From Pseudomonas fluorescens (lineage in GTDB: Bacteria > Pseudomonadota > Gammaproteobacteria > Pseudomonadales > Pseudomonadaceae): 40,000 nucleotides of DNA. Below are positions 17,551-26,567 of this stretch, in pieces. The position numbers and the translations under genes were made by a program. The stretch lies in NCBI RefSeq assembly GCF_902497995.1, contig NZ_CABVII010000016.1, forward strand, positions 119,158 through 159,157, read 5' to 3'. How positions within the stretch are numbered: the first letter of the stretch is position 1; every line of letters starts with the position of its first letter. The notes beneath the pieces are model-generated. The model made no database searches and was not told the origin of the DNA. It saw only the letters and a program-made list of their open reading frames with translations.

Positions 17551-18435
17551 ATGTTGCACGCCATCGACACGCTCGTCCCGCCGCTCACGGCTGACCTCCA
17601 GGCCCAGCTGGCGCTGCACTTTCCCCAGCGCACGCTGGAGCTCGCAGGCGCCCGCCAGGCCGTGCGCGAATGCGGGGCCGGGCCGGCCATTGTGTTGTTG
17701 CACGGGATCGGCTCGGGTTCGGCGTCGTGGCTGCAGGTGGCGCTGGAGCTTGGCCAGAGCGCCCGGGTGATTGCCTGGGACGCTCCCGGCTACGGTGATT
17801 CCACTGCGCTCAGAGCCTTGGCCCCCGACGCTTCGGACTACGCCGAACGGCTGCTGCAGATGCTCGACGCCCTGGACCTCCAGCGTTGCGTGCTGGTGGG
17901 TCACTCCCTCGGCGCGATGACCGCCACCGCGTTCGCCAGCGGCGTGCATCAGCAGCGGGTCAGTCGATTGGTGTTGATCAGCCCCGCCCAGGGCTACGGC
18001 CATCCATCGCGCGCCTTGCAGCGCCAGGAAGTACGCAACAAACGCCTGCGTGCCCTGGATCAACTGGGCATCCAGGGCATGGCCGAGCAACGCAGTGCCT
18101 ACATGCTCTCGCCCAACGCCAGCCCGAAGGCACAAGCCTGGGTGCAGTGGAACATGGCCCGGCTCAATCCCGATGGCTATCGCCAGGCCATTGAACTGCT
18201 GTGCGGCGATGACCTGCTGCGCCACGCCCCGCTGTCGATGCCTTGCGAAGTACATTGCGGCGAAGCCGACGGCATCACCGCGCCCGAAAGCTGCCTGACC
18301 CTGGCCAAGGCCCTGGGCGGCACGTTCAACCTTATTGCCGATGCCGGGCACGCCAGCCCCATCGAACAACCTTGTGTGGTGGCGGGCCGTCTGGCCTGCG
18401 CCATCCAACAATCCCTGACAGGTGCATCGCTATGA
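17551..18435 (+). CDS. Alpha/beta-fold hydrolase
   Basis: HGIGSGS oxyanion region, nucleophile elbow GHSLGA, and C-terminal DAGHAS histidine. 294 aa. Confidence 0.88.
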   Translation: MLHAIDTLVPPLTADLQAQLALHFPQRTLELAGARQAVRECGAGPAIVLLHGIGSGSASWLQVALELGQSARVIAWDAPGYGDSTALRALAPDASDYAERLLQMLDALDLQRCVLVGHSLGAMTATAFASGVHQQRVSRLVLISPAQGYGHPSRALQRQEVRNKRLRALDQLGIQGMAEQRSAYMLSPNASPKAQAWVQWNMARLNPDGYRQAIELLCGDDLLRHAPLSMPCEVHCGEADGITAPESCLTLAKALGGTFNLIADAGHASPIEQPCVVAGRLACAIQQSLTGASL

Positions 18436-19268
18436 ACGATTCAGATCTGCTGAAGGACGCTCAGGACAAATACATCGTGCCGGGCCTGGAGCGCGGCCTG
18501 CTGCTGCTCTGCGAGTTCAGCCGGCGCAATCGCACGCTGACCGCGCCGGAACTGGCCCGGCGTCTGGCGCTCCCGCGCTCGACGATTTTTCGCTTGCTGA
18601 CGACCCTGGAAACCATGGGGTTCGTCACCCGCAGCGGCAATGAATATCGCCTTGGCATGTCGGTGCTGCGCCTGGGCTTCGAGTACCTGGCCTCGCTGGA
18701 ACTGACCGAACTCGGCCAGCCGCTGCTGGCCCGCCTGTGCGACCGCCTCAACTACCCGAGCAACTTGGTCGTGCGCGACGGTCGCTCGATCGTCTACGTG
18801 GCCAAGGTCTCGCCGCCGTCGGTGTTCTCCACCGCGGTGAACGTCGGCACCCGCCTGCCCGCCCACGCCACGGTCCTGGGGCGCATTCTGCTCGAAGACC
18901 TGTCACTGGCCGAGTTGCGCGAGCTGTACCCGGAAGATCACCTGGAACAGTTCTCGCCCTGCACGCCAAAAACCGTGATGGAGCTGTTCGACATGGTCCA
19001 GGCCGACCGTCAGCGCGGTTTTATCAGCGGCGAGGGCTTCTTCGAATCAGCGATCTCGACCGTCGCCGCACCGGTACGCGATCAATCCGGGCAGATCGTC
19101 GCGGCCTTGGGCGTGACCATTCCGACCCCCCAGATCGCCCACGTCAATTTCAACGAATTGCTTCTGCAAGTGCGGCGCAGCGCCGACGAACTGTCGCGGT
19201 TGCTCGACTACAACAGCGCTGCCGGCCACGACGGCCAGCACCGCGTGACCGCCCTGATGAGGGATTGA
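18432..19268 (+). CDS. IclR family transcriptional regulator
   Basis: Start moved to ATG 18432 (ATGA overlap with the hydrolase stop). wHTH LTAPELARRLALPRSTIFRLLTTLETMGFV followed by an IclR effector domain. Confidence 0.88.
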   Translation: MNDSDLLKDAQDKYIVPGLERGLLLLCEFSRRNRTLTAPELARRLALPRSTIFRLLTTLETMGFVTRSGNEYRLGMSVLRLGFEYLASLELTELGQPLLARLCDRLNYPSNLVVRDGRSIVYVAKVSPPSVFSTAVNVGTRLPAHATVLGRILLEDLSLAELRELYPEDHLEQFSPCTPKTVMELFDMVQADRQRGFISGEGFFESAISTVAAPVRDQSGQIVAALGVTIPTPQIAHVNFNELLLQVRRSADELSRLLDYNSAAGHDGQHRVTALMRD

Positions 19269-19269
19269 G

Positions 19270-20067
19270 ATGAGTCTCTATCAACTGCAAGACAGCACGG
19301 CAATCGTGACCGGCGGCTCCTCGGGGATTGGCCTGGCCTGTGTCGAGTTGCTGCTCGAAGCCGGCGCCGCCGTGGCCTTCTGCGGTCGCGACGCAGATCG
19401 CCTGCGCAGCGCCGAAGCCGAGTTGCGCCAACGCTTCCCCGAGGCGCGGTTGCTGGCCCAGGTGTGCAACGTGCTCGAGGCCGACTCGGTCAACGCTTTT
19501 GTCGCCGCCAGCCTGGCTGCACTGGGGCCCGCCAGCGTGTTGATCAACAACGCCGGACAAGGTCGGGTCTCGACCTTCGCCGACACCACCGACAGTGCCT
19601 GGACCGAAGAGTTGAACCTGAAATTCTTCTCGGTGATCAACCCGGTTCGTGCCTTCAAGGCGCAGCTGCAAGGCCAGGCGAACGCCGCCATCGTCTGCGT
19701 CAATTCATTGCTGGCCAGCCAGCCGGAGCCGCACATGGTCGCCACCTCGGCCGCCCGCGCCGGGGTGATGAACCTGGTGCGCTCGATGGCCACCGAATTT
19801 GCCGTCGATGGCATTCGGGTCAACGGCATCCTGATCGGCCTGGTCGAGTCCGGGCAATGGCGCCGACGTTTCGAAGCCCGCGAAGAACGGGAGCTGGACT
19901 GGAGCCAATGGACCGCCCGCCTGGCTCAACAAAAACACATTCCCTTGGGGCGCCTGGGCCTGCCGATTGAAGCGGCCCGCGCGATCCTGTTTCTGGCCTC
20001 GCCTCTGTCGGCTTACACCACAGGCAGCCATATCGATGTTTCCGGAGGCCTGTCCCGCCATGCGTAA
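19270..20067 (+). CDS. SDR-fold protein with non-canonical active site (T-x3-R in place of Y-x3-K)
   Basis: TGGSSGIG and NNAG are present. Ungapped alignment to the neighbouring SDR puts T159/R163 (ATSAAR) where that SDR has YVASK. Confidence 0.85.
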   Translation: MSLYQLQDSTAIVTGGSSGIGLACVELLLEAGAAVAFCGRDADRLRSAEAELRQRFPEARLLAQVCNVLEADSVNAFVAASLAALGPASVLINNAGQGRVSTFADTTDSAWTEELNLKFFSVINPVRAFKAQLQGQANAAIVCVNSLLASQPEPHMVATSAARAGVMNLVRSMATEFAVDGIRVNGILIGLVESGQWRRRFEAREERELDWSQWTARLAQQKHIPLGRLGLPIEAARAILFLASPLSAYTTGSHIDVSGGLSRHA

Positions 20068-21742
20068 TGAAAATACTGTCACCGTTGGCGCTGCCATCAC
20101 CGCATTTCTCGAGCAATGCGAGGTCAAGGCCGCGTTCGGCGTGATCTCGATCCACAACATGCCGATCCTCGATGCGTTCGCCGTACGCGGCAACATCCGC
20201 TTCGTCATGGCCCGGGGTGAAGCCGGCGCCACCAACATGGCCGATGCCTATGCCCGCACCACCGGTGGCCTGGGCGTGTGCCTGACGTCCACCGGCACCG
20301 CCGCCGGTAACGCCGCCGGGGCACTGGTCGAAGCACTGACCGCCGGCACGCCGCTGTTGCACATCACCGGGCAGATCGAAACGCCGTACCTGGATCAGGA
20401 GTTCGCCTACATCCACGAAGCCCGCGATCAGCTGACCATGCTCAAGGCCGTGTCCAAGGCCGCGTTCCGTGTACGCAGCGTCGAAACCGCACTGAGCACT
20501 ATGAAGCTGGCCGTGCAGACCGCCCTGACCGCACCGACGGGACCGGTCAGCGTGGAAATCCCGATCGACATCCAGTCGACCTTTATCCCGATGCCGACCG
20601 ACCTGTCGCCGCTGCCGATTCCGGTGGCCGTGCCCGCACCCGAAGCGCTGGACCTGGTGGCGGAGCGCCTGGCCAGTGCCACCCGTCCGCTGTTGTGGCT
20701 GGGCGGTGGCGCGCGGCATGCGGGCCCGCAAGTCAAACGCCTGCTGGACATGGGCGTCGGCGTGATCACCTCGACTCAAGGTCGCGGCGTGGTCAACGAA
20801 GATGACGAGCGCTGCCTTGGGGCGTTCTCGCAAAACAAACTGGTCGAACACTTCCTGCAAAGCTGCGATGCCCTGCTGATCGCCGGTTCCCGCCTGCGCA
20901 GCAACGAGACCTTCAAGTACGCGCTGAAGCTGCCGCGCAACACCTTGCGCATCGACGCCAACCCGGCCATCGAAGGTCGCAGCTACAACAGCGAGCTGTT
21001 CATCTGCGGTGACTCGGCGCTGGCCCTCGAAGGCCTGGCGGACCGTCTCGAAGGTCGCTTGCAGATCGACCCGACGTTCCTCGCCGAACTCAAGGACGTG
21101 CGCGAAAAATCCCGCACGCAACTGATCGCCGACCTCGGCCCATACTCGGCCATGGTCGAACAGCTGCAAGCCATTACCGGGCGCAATTTCAGCTGGGTGC
21201 GCGATGTCACGCTGTCCAACAGCATCTGGGGCAACCGCCTGCTGACGTTGTACCACCCACGCGCCGGCGTGCATGCCCTCGGCGGCGGCATTGGCCAGGG
21301 CTTGTCGATGGGCATCGGCGCGGCAGTCGCCGCGGCGGAAACCGCGCCTGAGCGCAAGGTCTTCGCCCTGGCCGGTGACGGCGGTTTCATTCTCAACCTC
21401 GGTGAGCTGGCGACCCTGGTGCAAGAGAACGCCAACGTGGTGATCCTGCTGATGAACGACCAGCGCTACGGGGTGATCCGCAACATTCAGGACGCGGTGT
21501 ATGGCAGTCGTCACTGCTACGTCGACCTGCACACGCCGGATTACTCCAAGCTGGCCGAATCGCTGAACCTGCGCCATGGCCTGGTCACCGACCTGAAGGA
21601 CTTCGGCAAAGTCGTCGACGGTGCGCTGGCGCAACCCGGTCCGTTCCTGCTGGAAGTCGACATGCTCGCCGTCGGCAGCTTCGCCACCCAGTTCGCCGGT
21701 CCGCCCAACAGCGAAACCAAAGCGCAGAAAGCCACGGCTTGA
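20060..21742 (+). CDS. Thiamine-diphosphate-dependent enzyme (acetolactate-synthase-like decarboxylase/lyase family)
   Basis: Start moved to ATG 20060 (8-nt overlap with the SDR). TPP motif GDGGFILNLGELATLVQENANVVILLMND. 560 aa. Confidence 0.88.
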   Translation: MRNENTVTVGAAITAFLEQCEVKAAFGVISIHNMPILDAFAVRGNIRFVMARGEAGATNMADAYARTTGGLGVCLTSTGTAAGNAAGALVEALTAGTPLLHITGQIETPYLDQEFAYIHEARDQLTMLKAVSKAAFRVRSVETALSTMKLAVQTALTAPTGPVSVEIPIDIQSTFIPMPTDLSPLPIPVAVPAPEALDLVAERLASATRPLLWLGGGARHAGPQVKRLLDMGVGVITSTQGRGVVNEDDERCLGAFSQNKLVEHFLQSCDALLIAGSRLRSNETFKYALKLPRNTLRIDANPAIEGRSYNSELFICGDSALALEGLADRLEGRLQIDPTFLAELKDVREKSRTQLIADLGPYSAMVEQLQAITGRNFSWVRDVTLSNSIWGNRLLTLYHPRAGVHALGGGIGQGLSMGIGAAVAAAETAPERKVFALAGDGGFILNLGELATLVQENANVVILLMNDQRYGVIRNIQDAVYGSRHCYVDLHTPDYSKLAESLNLRHGLVTDLKDFGKVVDGALAQPGPFLLEVDMLAVGSFATQFAGPPNSETKAQKATA

Positions 21743-21752
21743 GGACTTCGTC

Positions 21753-22556
21753 ATGTTGCACATCACCATGATCGGCTGCGGCGCCATTGGCGTCGGCGTG
21801 CTCGAACTGCTGGAGAAAGACCCGCAGTTGTGCGTCGACTACGTCATTGCCTCGGCCGGTTCCGAAGAGCTTGTACGTCAAAGGCTGGCCAGTTTCAAAC
21901 AACCGCCGCAAGTGCTGACAGCGCTGCCGGCCGATGCGCGCCCCGACCTGTTGGTCGAGTGCGCCGGTCACAAAGCCATCGAAGAACACGTGCTGCCCGC
22001 GCTGGAGCGTGGCATCGCCTGCCTGATCGTCTCGGTCGGCGCGCTGTCCGAAGTCGGCCTGGTGGAGCGCCTGGAAGCGGCAGCCGAACGCGGCCAGACC
22101 CGCATCGAATTGCTGCCCGGCGCCATCGGCGGCATCGATGCCTTGTCGGCGGCCAAGGTCGGCGGCCTGGACTCGGTGAATTACACCGGACGCAAACCGG
22201 CGCGCGCCTGGAAAAACACCCCGGCCGAACAGGCCTTTGACCTGGACAGCCTCACCGAAACCACGGTGATTTTTCAGGGCAGCGCCCGGGAAGCGGCCCG
22301 CCTCTACCCGAAAAATGCCAACGTCGCCGCGACCCTGTCGCTGGCCGGGCTCGGCCTGGATCGCACCCAGGTAACGCTGATCGCCGACCCGCTGAGCGAG
22401 GAAAATGTGCATCACTTCGAAGCCCGCGGCGCCTTTGGCGGGTTCGAACTGAGCTTGCGTGGCAAACCGCTGCTGGCCAACCCGAAGACCTCGGCGTTGA
22501 CCGTCTACAGCGTCGTCCGCGCCTTGGGCAACCACGCCCACGCGATTTCGATTTAA
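21753..22556 (+). CDS. Aspartate-dehydrogenase-family NAD(P) oxidoreductase
   Basis: Start moved to ATG 21753 (GAGGA SD), giving 267 aa. MIGCGAIG Rossmann motif. AspDH-like C-terminus (NPKTSALTVYSVVRAL). Confidence 0.8.
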   Translation: MLHITMIGCGAIGVGVLELLEKDPQLCVDYVIASAGSEELVRQRLASFKQPPQVLTALPADARPDLLVECAGHKAIEEHVLPALERGIACLIVSVGALSEVGLVERLEAAAERGQTRIELLPGAIGGIDALSAAKVGGLDSVNYTGRKPARAWKNTPAEQAFDLDSLTETTVIFQGSAREAARLYPKNANVAATLSLAGLGLDRTQVTLIADPLSEENVHHFEARGAFGGFELSLRGKPLLANPKTSALTVYSVVRALGNHAHAISI

Positions 22557-22566
22557 GGGACAGCCA

Positions 22567-24063
22567 ATGACTCTCGAACAGACTTTACCCATCTGCATTG
22601 CCGGCCAATGGCGCCTGGGCCGCGGTGAGCGCTACGCCACCTGCTACCCGGCCACCGGCGAGGCCGTTGCCTGGCTCAACGCCGCCAGTGTCGAAGACGT
22701 GGAAGACGCCGTGCAAGGTGCGCATCAGGCGTTCTTGCATAGCGGCTGGGCCCAGCGCAAACCCCACGAGCGGGCCAGCGTGCTGTACCGCATCGCCGAA
22801 CTGATCCGCTCACGCAGTGAAGAACTGGCGCAGCTGCAGCGCCAGGACAACGGCAAACCGATCAACGAAACCCGTGCCCTGGTGGCCAGCGCGGCCGGCA
22901 CCTTCCAGTTCTTCGCCGCGGCCTGTGAAACCCTCGAAGAAACCATCACGCCGTCCCGTGGTGATTTCGTCAGCATGAGCGTCTACGAGCCGATGGGCGT
23001 GATCGCCGCGATCACCCCGTGGAATTCGCCGATTGCCAGCGAAGCGCAGAAGGTCGCTCCCGCTCTGGCGGCCGGCAACGCGGTGGTGATCAAACCGGCG
23101 GAAATCACCCCGCTGATGGCCTTGCAACTGGCGCGCATCTGCGAAGAGGCCGGGCTGCCGAAAGGTCTGCTCAGTGTATTGCCGGGCAAGGGTTCGCTGC
23201 TCGGTGATGCCTTGACCCGTCACCCGCTGGTCAAGCGCGTGTCGTTCACCGGTGGCACCAAAACCGGCAAACACATCGCCCACATCGCCGCCGACAAAAT
23301 GATGCCGGTATCACTGGAACTGGGCGGCAAATCGCCGACCATCGTCCTCGATGATGCCGACCTCGATCACGCGGTGGCCGGTGTGTTGTATGGCATCTTC
23401 AGCTCTTCGGGCGAAGCCTGCATCGCCGGTTCGCGTTTGTTTGTCGCCCGCTCTCTGTACGAGCCGTTCATGGCGCGTCTGGTAGCAGCGGCGGCCGAGC
23501 TGCGGGTCGGTGATCCGGCGGATGAGCGCACGCAAATGGGCCCGCTGATCAGCGCCGGTCATCGCGAGTCGGTGGAGCGCTACGTTGCGCTGGGGCTCGC
23601 TGAAGGCGGACGTCTGCTGCTGGGTGGCAAGCGTCCCGGCGGCGGCGTTTACGACCAGGGTTACTACTACCCGCCGACCATCCTCGAAGGCTTGAACAAC
23701 AGCCAACAGGTGTGCCAGGAAGAGATCTTCGGCCCGGTGCTGGTGGCCATGCCGTTCGATGACGAAGCGCAATTGCTCGAGCAAGCCAACGACAGCCTGT
23801 ACGCCCTCGCCGCCGGGATCTGGACTCGCGATTACAAGCACGCCTGGGCCCTGGGTCGAAAAATCCAGGCCGGTACGGTGTGGATCAACACCTACAAACA
23901 GTTCTCGATTTCCACCCCGTTCGGTGGCTGGCGTGACAGCGGCCTGGGCCGTGAAAAAGGGCGCCTCGGCATCCTGCAGTACATGGAACAGAAAAGCCTT
24001 TATTGGGGCATGAATGAACAGCCACTGGCCTGGGCCGGTGTGCAACGGGAGGCTGGATTATGA
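22567..24063 (+). CDS. NAD(P)-dependent aldehyde dehydrogenase
   Basis: 498 aa. ELGGKSP and a catalytic Cys in SSSGEACIAGSR. ALDH superfamily throughout. Confidence 0.92.
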   Translation: MTLEQTLPICIAGQWRLGRGERYATCYPATGEAVAWLNAASVEDVEDAVQGAHQAFLHSGWAQRKPHERASVLYRIAELIRSRSEELAQLQRQDNGKPINETRALVASAAGTFQFFAAACETLEETITPSRGDFVSMSVYEPMGVIAAITPWNSPIASEAQKVAPALAAGNAVVIKPAEITPLMALQLARICEEAGLPKGLLSVLPGKGSLLGDALTRHPLVKRVSFTGGTKTGKHIAHIAADKMMPVSLELGGKSPTIVLDDADLDHAVAGVLYGIFSSSGEACIAGSRLFVARSLYEPFMARLVAAAAELRVGDPADERTQMGPLISAGHRESVERYVALGLAEGGRLLLGGKRPGGGVYDQGYYYPPTILEGLNNSQQVCQEEIFGPVLVAMPFDDEAQLLEQANDSLYALAAGIWTRDYKHAWALGRKIQAGTVWINTYKQFSISTPFGGWRDSGLGREKGRLGILQYMEQKSLYWGMNEQPLAWAGVQREAGL

Positions 24064-25025
24064 GCGTTTCAGGCATTGATGAAGTCACCTACGGCGTCGA
24101 GGACCTGGACACCAGCGCGCGGTTCTTCAGCGACTGGGGCCTGAGCAAAGTCAGCGAACAAGCGGACGAGGTGATCTTCGAAACCCTCAACGGCTGCCGC
24201 GTGGTGCTCGCCGACATCAACAAGGCCGGGCTGCCGCCGGCCATCGAAGCCGGTTCGACCGTGCGCGAAGTGGTCTGGGGCGTGGAAAGCGAGGCTGACC
24301 TGAAGCTGTACAGCGAGCGCATCGCCAACGATCCCGGCTTCATCGAAACTGACGGACGCATTGGTTGCACCGACCCCAATGGCCTGGCGATCCGCCTGCA
24401 AGTGACCCGCAAGCGCGAACTGCAGATCGAGTGCAGCGGGCACAACACCTGGCAAACCAAGGGCCGGATCAACAAGGCCGCGCCGATCTACGACCGCGCC
24501 ACGCCGATCGAAGTCGGGCACGTGGTGTTCTTCGTCAAGGACGTCAACGCCTGCGAAGCCTTCTACCACGAGCGCTTCGGCTTCCAGGCCTCGGACCGCT
24601 ATCCGGATCGGGGCGCGTTCCTGCGCACCGCCGAAGAAGGTGGTCATCACGACCTGTTCATGCTGCAACTGCCCGCCCCTCGCGCCGGCCTGAACCACGT
24701 CGCCTTCACCGTGCGCGATGTGCACGAAGTGTTCGGCGGCGGCATGCACATTTCCCGCCGCGGCTGGGCCACGGAAATCGGCCCCGGCCGGCACCCGGTG
24801 TCGTCGGCATTCTTCTGGTACTTCAAGAACCCGGCCGGCGCGCTGGTCGAGTACTACGCCGACGAAGACCAACTGACTGGCGAATGGCAGCCACGCAGCT
24901 TTGAACCCGGCCCGACGGTATTCGCCGAATGGGCAATTGCCGGCGGCATCGATGGCAATACCCGTCGCCAGCAAAACGTCGAAGCACCGCAGGGCAAGTT
25001 CCTTACCGACAAACCGAAACCCTGA
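24060..25025 (+). CDS. Two-domain VOC-family protein, extradiol ring-cleavage dioxygenase-like
   Basis: 321 aa. Two glyoxalase/VOC-like modules (...GVEDLDTSARFF... and ...VGHVVFFVKDVNACEAFY...HHDLFMLQ...LNHVAF). ATGA overlap with the ALDH stop and GGGAGG SD. Confidence 0.75.
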   Translation: MSVSGIDEVTYGVEDLDTSARFFSDWGLSKVSEQADEVIFETLNGCRVVLADINKAGLPPAIEAGSTVREVVWGVESEADLKLYSERIANDPGFIETDGRIGCTDPNGLAIRLQVTRKRELQIECSGHNTWQTKGRINKAAPIYDRATPIEVGHVVFFVKDVNACEAFYHERFGFQASDRYPDRGAFLRTAEEGGHHDLFMLQLPAPRAGLNHVAFTVRDVHEVFGGGMHISRRGWATEIGPGRHPVSSAFFWYFKNPAGALVEYYADEDQLTGEWQPRSFEPGPTVFAEWAIAGGIDGNTRRQQNVEAPQGKFLTDKPKP

Positions 25026-25131
25026 GCGGACACGAGCATGAGCGTGTTCAGCACTGAGGTGTTCCCGACGTACGATTTTATTCCCGTGCGCGAAATGATC
25101 CGCGAACGGGTACGCAATGGAGGTCAATGAG

Positions 25132-25359
25132 ATGAGCAATACCGAACCCTACCTGGAGCCGCATCAGGCCCGTAAACGGCCCAACACCCCGTTCGAAGAG
25201 TTGCTGGGCGACTCCATCGAGCGCGCCTTCGGCAATGGCGTGACCGAGCTGCCCGACCTGCTCGCGCACCTGAACCGGGCCGGGCCGCCCTGCCCGCTGA
25301 CCACCGGCGAGTGGACAGTGGATGCCTATAAAACCCTGATGGCTCGGCTGGGCGAATGA
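25132..25359 (+). CDS. Small conserved protein (possibly recombinase-like HTH type)
   Basis: 75 aa from ATG 25132 (GGAGG 8 nt upstream). The ORF track opens at 25117. I recall similar small proteins next to Rieske oxygenases. This is not verified. Confidence 0.5.
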   Translation: MSNTEPYLEPHQARKRPNTPFEELLGDSIERAFGNGVTELPDLLAHLNRAGPPCPLTTGEWTVDAYKTLMARLGE

Positions 25360-25380
25360 CCCGCCGGAGGACAATAAGAA

Positions 25381-26415
25381 ATGAACATGAATACAACCGT
25401 CGATCCTGTTGAAAACCTCTTGGCCAACGGCTTGAAGAACCTGTGGTTTCCGGTACTGCCCTCCGATCAGCTGGGTGAAAAACCCGTGTCGATCCGTCGC
25501 CTGGGCTACAAGATTGCCCTGTGGCGCGACAATGACGGCAGCGTGCATGCCCTGGAAGATCACTGCCCGCATCGCGGCGCGCCGTTGTCCCAGGGGCCGG
25601 TGTTGGGTGACCGCCTGCAATGCCCTTATCACGGCGTCGAAGTGCGCTGCGATGGCACCGTCACCAAAGTCCCCGGCAGCCCGGGTTGCAAACTCGAAGG
25701 CAGCCGCCCGACGCGGATGTTCCACACCCGTGAAGCCGCTGGCGCGATCTTTCTCTACAACGCCGCCGACCCGCACGAGGACACCCCGCCGGAACTGGTC
25801 CTGCCCGAGCAACTGACCTCCCCGCAATGGAGCAGTTTCCTGTGCTACGCCGAGTGGCAAGGCGATTACCGCTATGTCATCGACAACGTCATGGACCCGA
25901 TGCACGGCACCTACCTGCACAAGATGTCGCACTCAATGAGCGAAGGCGAAGCCACGGCCAAGTTCGTCACCCGCGACACCGACCATGGTTTTTTCTTCGA
26001 GAAGGAAGGCCAGCGCGGGGTGAATTTCGACTGGACCGAATTCATGGACAACAGCTGCCACTGGCTGCGCCTGGAAATCCCGTACCCGAAAACCGGCGGC
26101 CCCGGCGGCAACTTCACCATCATCGGCAGCTACACGCCGAGCAGCCGCTCCTTGTCGGCGGTGTTCCACTGGCGTTGCCGTCCACTCACCGGCTGGCAGC
26201 GCGACACCTGGCGCTTCCTCTACAAAAATCGCCTGGAAGCACGGCACTGGGCGGTGCTGGAACAGGATCGGGTGCTACTCGAATTCATGGAACCGGACGC
26301 CAACCAGCGGGAAAACCTGTACCAGCATGACCTCGGTGTGGTGCGCCTGCGCCGCTACCTGAAAAATGCGGCCAAGGCCCAGCTTGAGTTTATTGACGCG
26401 AAGCAGCTGCCATGA
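25381..26415 (+). CDS. Rieske non-heme iron oxygenase, alpha-only (class IA, VanA/phthalate-family-like)
   Basis: Rieske motif CPHRGAPLS...CPYHG. Mononuclear iron region DNVMDPMHGTYLH. 344 aa. GGAGGA SD. Confidence 0.9.
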   Translation: MNMNTTVDPVENLLANGLKNLWFPVLPSDQLGEKPVSIRRLGYKIALWRDNDGSVHALEDHCPHRGAPLSQGPVLGDRLQCPYHGVEVRCDGTVTKVPGSPGCKLEGSRPTRMFHTREAAGAIFLYNAADPHEDTPPELVLPEQLTSPQWSSFLCYAEWQGDYRYVIDNVMDPMHGTYLHKMSHSMSEGEATAKFVTRDTDHGFFFEKEGQRGVNFDWTEFMDNSCHWLRLEIPYPKTGGPGGNFTIIGSYTPSSRSLSAVFHWRCRPLTGWQRDTWRFLYKNRLEARHWAVLEQDRVLLEFMEPDANQRENLYQHDLGVVRLRRYLKNAAKAQLEFIDAKQLP

Positions 26416-26567
26416 ACGCGCGGCGTGACCGCTTCGTCGGACAAGCGCTGTTCCCGACCGCCACGCGGGTTGAAGTGAGCGCGCTGGTGTTTCCTGAACT
26501 GTGGGTGGAGATTGAGGCCGGCGCGCGTCTCGATCTCGATTTGCGAACTGTCGAAAAGAGGTGACCG

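Noticed and set aside
19820-21787. 655-aa minus-strand ORF covering the TPP-enzyme gene. Similar ORFs occur at 1669..2721, 13481..14356, 15372..16202, 17533..18411, 21585..22598 and 24069..25139.
   Set aside because: These are Arg/Gly/Ala/His-rich low-complexity translations antisense to genes with clear family motifs. They are typical shadow ORFs of high-GC DNA.
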